The notes under the pieces were generated by a model. That model made no database searches and was not told where the DNA came from. It was given only the letters and a program-made list of their open reading frames with translations. The position numbers and the translations under genes are program-made. Shown here in pieces: positions 61,582-64,000 of a stretch of DNA of 64,000 nt (within the stretch, counting starts at the first letter, position 1; each line of letters opens with the position of its first letter). Source of the stretch: an uncultured Microthrixaceae bacterium (GTDB lineage Bacteria > Actinomycetota > Acidimicrobiia > Acidimicrobiales > Acidimicrobilacustridaceae); the NCBI GenBank assembly GCA_963785815.1, contig CAWAWN010000003.1:564811-628810 (forward strand), in the 5' to 3' direction.

Positions 61582-62535
61582 ATGCCTGCTGTGTCCGTCG
61601 ACAACGTCCTCACCCTGCCTGCGGTCGACGTCGCGGTCGATGCTCGACCCCGAGCGGTGGTGTCGGTGACCACGGCCCCTTCGGCCTTCGAGGGCGACGG
61701 GTTCCCCGTTCGTCGCGCCTTCGCCGGGGTGAGCCTGTCCGACCTCGACCCCTTCGTGCACATGGACCAGATGGGCGAGGTCGAGTACGCCCCGGGTGAG
61801 CCCAAGGGCACCTCGTGGCACCCCCACCGCGGCTTCGAGACCGTGACCTACATCATCGACGGCACCTTCCAGCACCGTGACTCGGCCGGCGGCGGCGGGC
61901 TGATCACCAACGGCGACACCCAGTGGATGACGGCCGGTGGGGGCATCCTGCACATCGAGCGCCCGCCCGAGGCGATGGTGGCGGCCGGGGGCCTGTTCCA
62001 CGGCATCCAGCTGTGGGTCAACCTGCCCGCTGCCCAGAAGTGGGTCGATCCTCGGTACCAGGACATCCGCGCCGCCGACGTGAGCCTGCTGCGATCGCCC
62101 GACGGTGGGGCCATGGCCCGGGTCATCGCCGGTGAGGTGGCCGGACACGCCGGCCCGGGCATCACCTACACCCCCATCGCCATGGCCCACGTGACGATCC
62201 GCCCCGGCGCTCGCTTCGAGCTGCCCTGGGACCCGGGCTTCAACGCCCTGGCCTACGTCCTGGCCGGCCGGGGCACGGTCGGAGCCGACCAGGCGCCGGT
62301 GCGCACCGGGCAGCTGGCCGTGTTCGGCCCTGGCGACACCCTGGTGCTGTCAGCCGACGCCAACCAGGACAGCCGCACCCCCGACCTCGAGGTGCTGGTG
62401 CTCGGCGGACGCCCCATCGGCGAGCCGGTGGCCACCTACGGGCCGTTCGTGATGAACACCCGGGCCGAGCTGCAGCAGGCCTTCGAGGACTTCCAGGCCG
62501 GCCGCATGGGCACGATCCCCGCCGGCTCCATCTGA
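61582..62535 (+). CDS. pirin-family protein
   Basis: ATG 61582 after GGAGGTGG. HPHRGFETVTYI signature; bicupin length. Confidence 0.9.
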   Translation: MPAVSVDNVLTLPAVDVAVDARPRAVVSVTTAPSAFEGDGFPVRRAFAGVSLSDLDPFVHMDQMGEVEYAPGEPKGTSWHPHRGFETVTYIIDGTFQHRDSAGGGGLITNGDTQWMTAGGGILHIERPPEAMVAAGGLFHGIQLWVNLPAAQKWVDPRYQDIRAADVSLLRSPDGGAMARVIAGEVAGHAGPGITYTPIAMAHVTIRPGARFELPWDPGFNALAYVLAGRGTVGADQAPVRTGQLAVFGPGDTLVLSADANQDSRTPDLEVLVLGGRPIGEPVATYGPFVMNTRAELQQAFEDFQAGRMGTIPAGSI

Positions 62536-62545
62536 CCCCCCGGGA

Positions 62546-62673
62546 AATTGGGCATCTTTGGCTGTGGGCTTTCGCGCATTCCCACGCTCAGTTTCCCGAA
62601 GGCGGAGCGAATCGGGCATCTTTGGCTGAGCGAGATCGTGCATTTCCCCGCCCGGTTTCTCGGGGGTGGAGCA
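62546..62673. repeat. two tandem ~64-bp units in a low-GC spacer
   Basis: GGGCATCTTTGGCTG is exact at 62550-62564 and 62614-62628. The flanks align (AAT.GGGCATCTTTGGCTG..G.G...TCG.GCATT.CCC.C.C.GTTTC.CG..GG.GGAGC). Confidence 0.85.
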
Positions 62674-62696
62674 GGCGTCGGGTCTACCCTGAGGCC

Positions 62697-63278
62697 ATGA
62701 CCGACGATCAGCCACGCTGGCGCGGGGTCAACCACCTGGCGCTGGTCACCCCCGACATGGACGCCACGGTGCGCTTCTACCACGGCGTGCTGGGCATGCG
62801 GGTGGTGGCCAGCCTGTCGGCGGGCCCCATGCGCCACTACTTCTTCGAGATCGGGGCGCAGAACACCCTGGCCTTCTTCGAGTGGAGCGGCTCGGAGGTG
62901 GACACCGAGTCGATCGCCAAGCCGGCCGGCATCCCGCCCACCTTCCCGGCCCAGTTCGACCACCTGTCGTTCAACCTGCCCGACGAGCAGGCCCTGGTCG
63001 ACCTGCAGGCGAGGCTGCGGATCTATGACGTCGAGGTCACCGAGGTGGTCGACCACCAGATCATGCGCTCGATCTACTTCACCGATCCCAACGGCATCGC
63101 CTTGGAGGCGAGCTGGTGGGTGGTCGACCCGACCGGGCGAGACGGTTCCTACGAGGGGACCGACGGGTTGTTCACCGATGCCGACCCGGTGCCCGCCCTG
63201 CGCGAGCTGGCCGCCACCGGCGAGCTGGCCTGGACCCCGACCACCGGCCTGGTCGACGCGGGCGCCGACCCGGCCTGA
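62697..63278 (+). CDS. VOC/glyoxalase-family protein
   Basis: ATG 62697 (MTDDQPRWRGVNHLALVTPDMDATVRFYHGVLGMRVV...). Confidence 0.85.
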   Translation: MTDDQPRWRGVNHLALVTPDMDATVRFYHGVLGMRVVASLSAGPMRHYFFEIGAQNTLAFFEWSGSEVDTESIAKPAGIPPTFPAQFDHLSFNLPDEQALVDLQARLRIYDVEVTEVVDHQIMRSIYFTDPNGIALEASWWVVDPTGRDGSYEGTDGLFTDADPVPALRELAATGELAWTPTTGLVDAGADPA

Positions 63279-63377
63279 ACGCGGCCCACCACGACGCCAA
63301 GCGGCGGCAACCACATGCGCCTACCGCAAGTGGTTGCCGCCGCTCGGGTCGAGCAGAGGTGAGGTCGGGGTGTCAGC

Positions 63378-64000
63378 TCAGGCGATGACGCGCTTCTTGA
63401 AGCCGGCGATGCCTCGCCAGCCCAGCAGCAGGACGAAGCCGACCATCACCGGGTAGATGGCGAACAGGCTCATGTGGGGGGCGTTGGTCAGCGCGGCCCG
63501 GAACCCCTCGCTGATGTACACGAGCGGGTTGGCCAGCGACACCACCTTCAGCCATGGGATGGCGCTGAGCCGCGACCAGGGGTAGTAGATGCAGCCCAGG
63601 AAGGTGATGGGCACCACGATCACGCCGAAGAGCATGGGCACCGTGCGGGGGTCGAAGATCGTCCCGAAGGTCAGGCCCAGCGTCGAGGCCATCAGGCAGG
63701 CCAGGGGCAGGATGGTCAACAGCACCCACCACGTGTAGTGCAGGTGGATGGGGGTGGCCGGCACCACGGCGGCGATGGGGAAGACCAGCAGGGCGGCGAT
63801 CATGCACTGCAGGGCGCCGGAGACGATCTTCTCGCCCGCCACCAGCTCGACCGGCAGCGGGGCCAGGACCCGGTCCTCGATCTCGCGGGTGTAGCCGAAC
63901 TCCTGCACCAGGGGCAGGGCCACGGCCTGGATGCCCTGGAACAGGATGACCGAGCCGATGACGCCGGCGATCAGCGACGCCGAGTAGGCCGCGGACGCCT
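63378..64000 (-). CDS. ABC-2-type transporter permease (5' end beyond window)
   Basis: Frame stays open and hydrophobic to the window edge (...SLIAGVIGSVILFQGIQAVALPLVQEFGYTREIEDRVLAPL...). Multiple TM helices. C-terminus ...GIAGFKKRVIA. Confidence 0.75.
   Translation of the reverse strand, partial: ASAAYSASLIAGVIGSVILFQGIQAVALPLVQEFGYTREIEDRVLAPLPVELVAGEKIVSGALQCMIAALLVFPIAAVVPATPIHLHYTWWVLLTILPLACLMASTLGLTFGTIFDPRTVPMLFGVIVVPITFLGCIYYPWSRLSAIPWLKVVSLANPLVYISEGFRAALTNAPHMSLFAIYPVMVGFVLLLGWRGIAGFKKRVIA

Overview
Visibly very GC-rich chromosomal segment with about 56 protein-coding genes. Gene content points to Actinomycetota: NucS/EndoMS, Kgd-type 2-oxoglutarate dehydrogenase with a fused E2-like domain, polyphosphate glucokinase, UvrD2 with an HRDC domain, and WS/DGAT. 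I found no rRNA, tRNA, CRISPR array, transposase, integrase, phage gene or recognisable defence or toxin-antitoxin module, so this reads as core housekeeping and metabolic DNA, not an accessory island. Recognisable clusters: (1) gnd / aldose-1-epimerase / pgi / ppgK operon; (2) WS/DGAT divergent from an SDR-MaoC-cupin operon; (3) cysQ divergent from cysDN; (4) ettA; (5) a YfhO-like / HAD / acyltransferase-3-SGNH envelope module; (6) kgd, xthA, uvrD2; (7) galK-galT; (8) CoA-transferase, PIG-L deacetylase and Fe-ADH genes. Observations worth a second look: (a) a 47-bp dyad-symmetric element with identical geometry at three intergenic sites; (b) a roughly 92-nt interspersed, tandem-capable intergenic repeat at three loci; (c) a 64-bp tandem repeat in a low-GC spacer; (d) an NYN-RNase + S1 + histone-H1-like tail protein whose tail is encoded by 30-bp tandem repeats; (e) a J-domain protein with a canonical C2H2 zinc-finger signature; (f) a DCC(DUF393)-polytopic membrane fusion; (g) a partial duplication of the cysD 3' end at the cysD/cysN junction; (h) four single-site frameshifts in otherwise intact conserved genes (SDR, kgd, galT, PLDc_N peptide), most simply explained by assembly indel errors. 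I cannot point to a convincing new multi-gene system. The repeat families and the NYN-S1 protein are the best candidates for something undescribed. All family assignments come from motif recognition by eye, with no database search. Start codons are often uncertain because of GTG/TTG starts and high GC.
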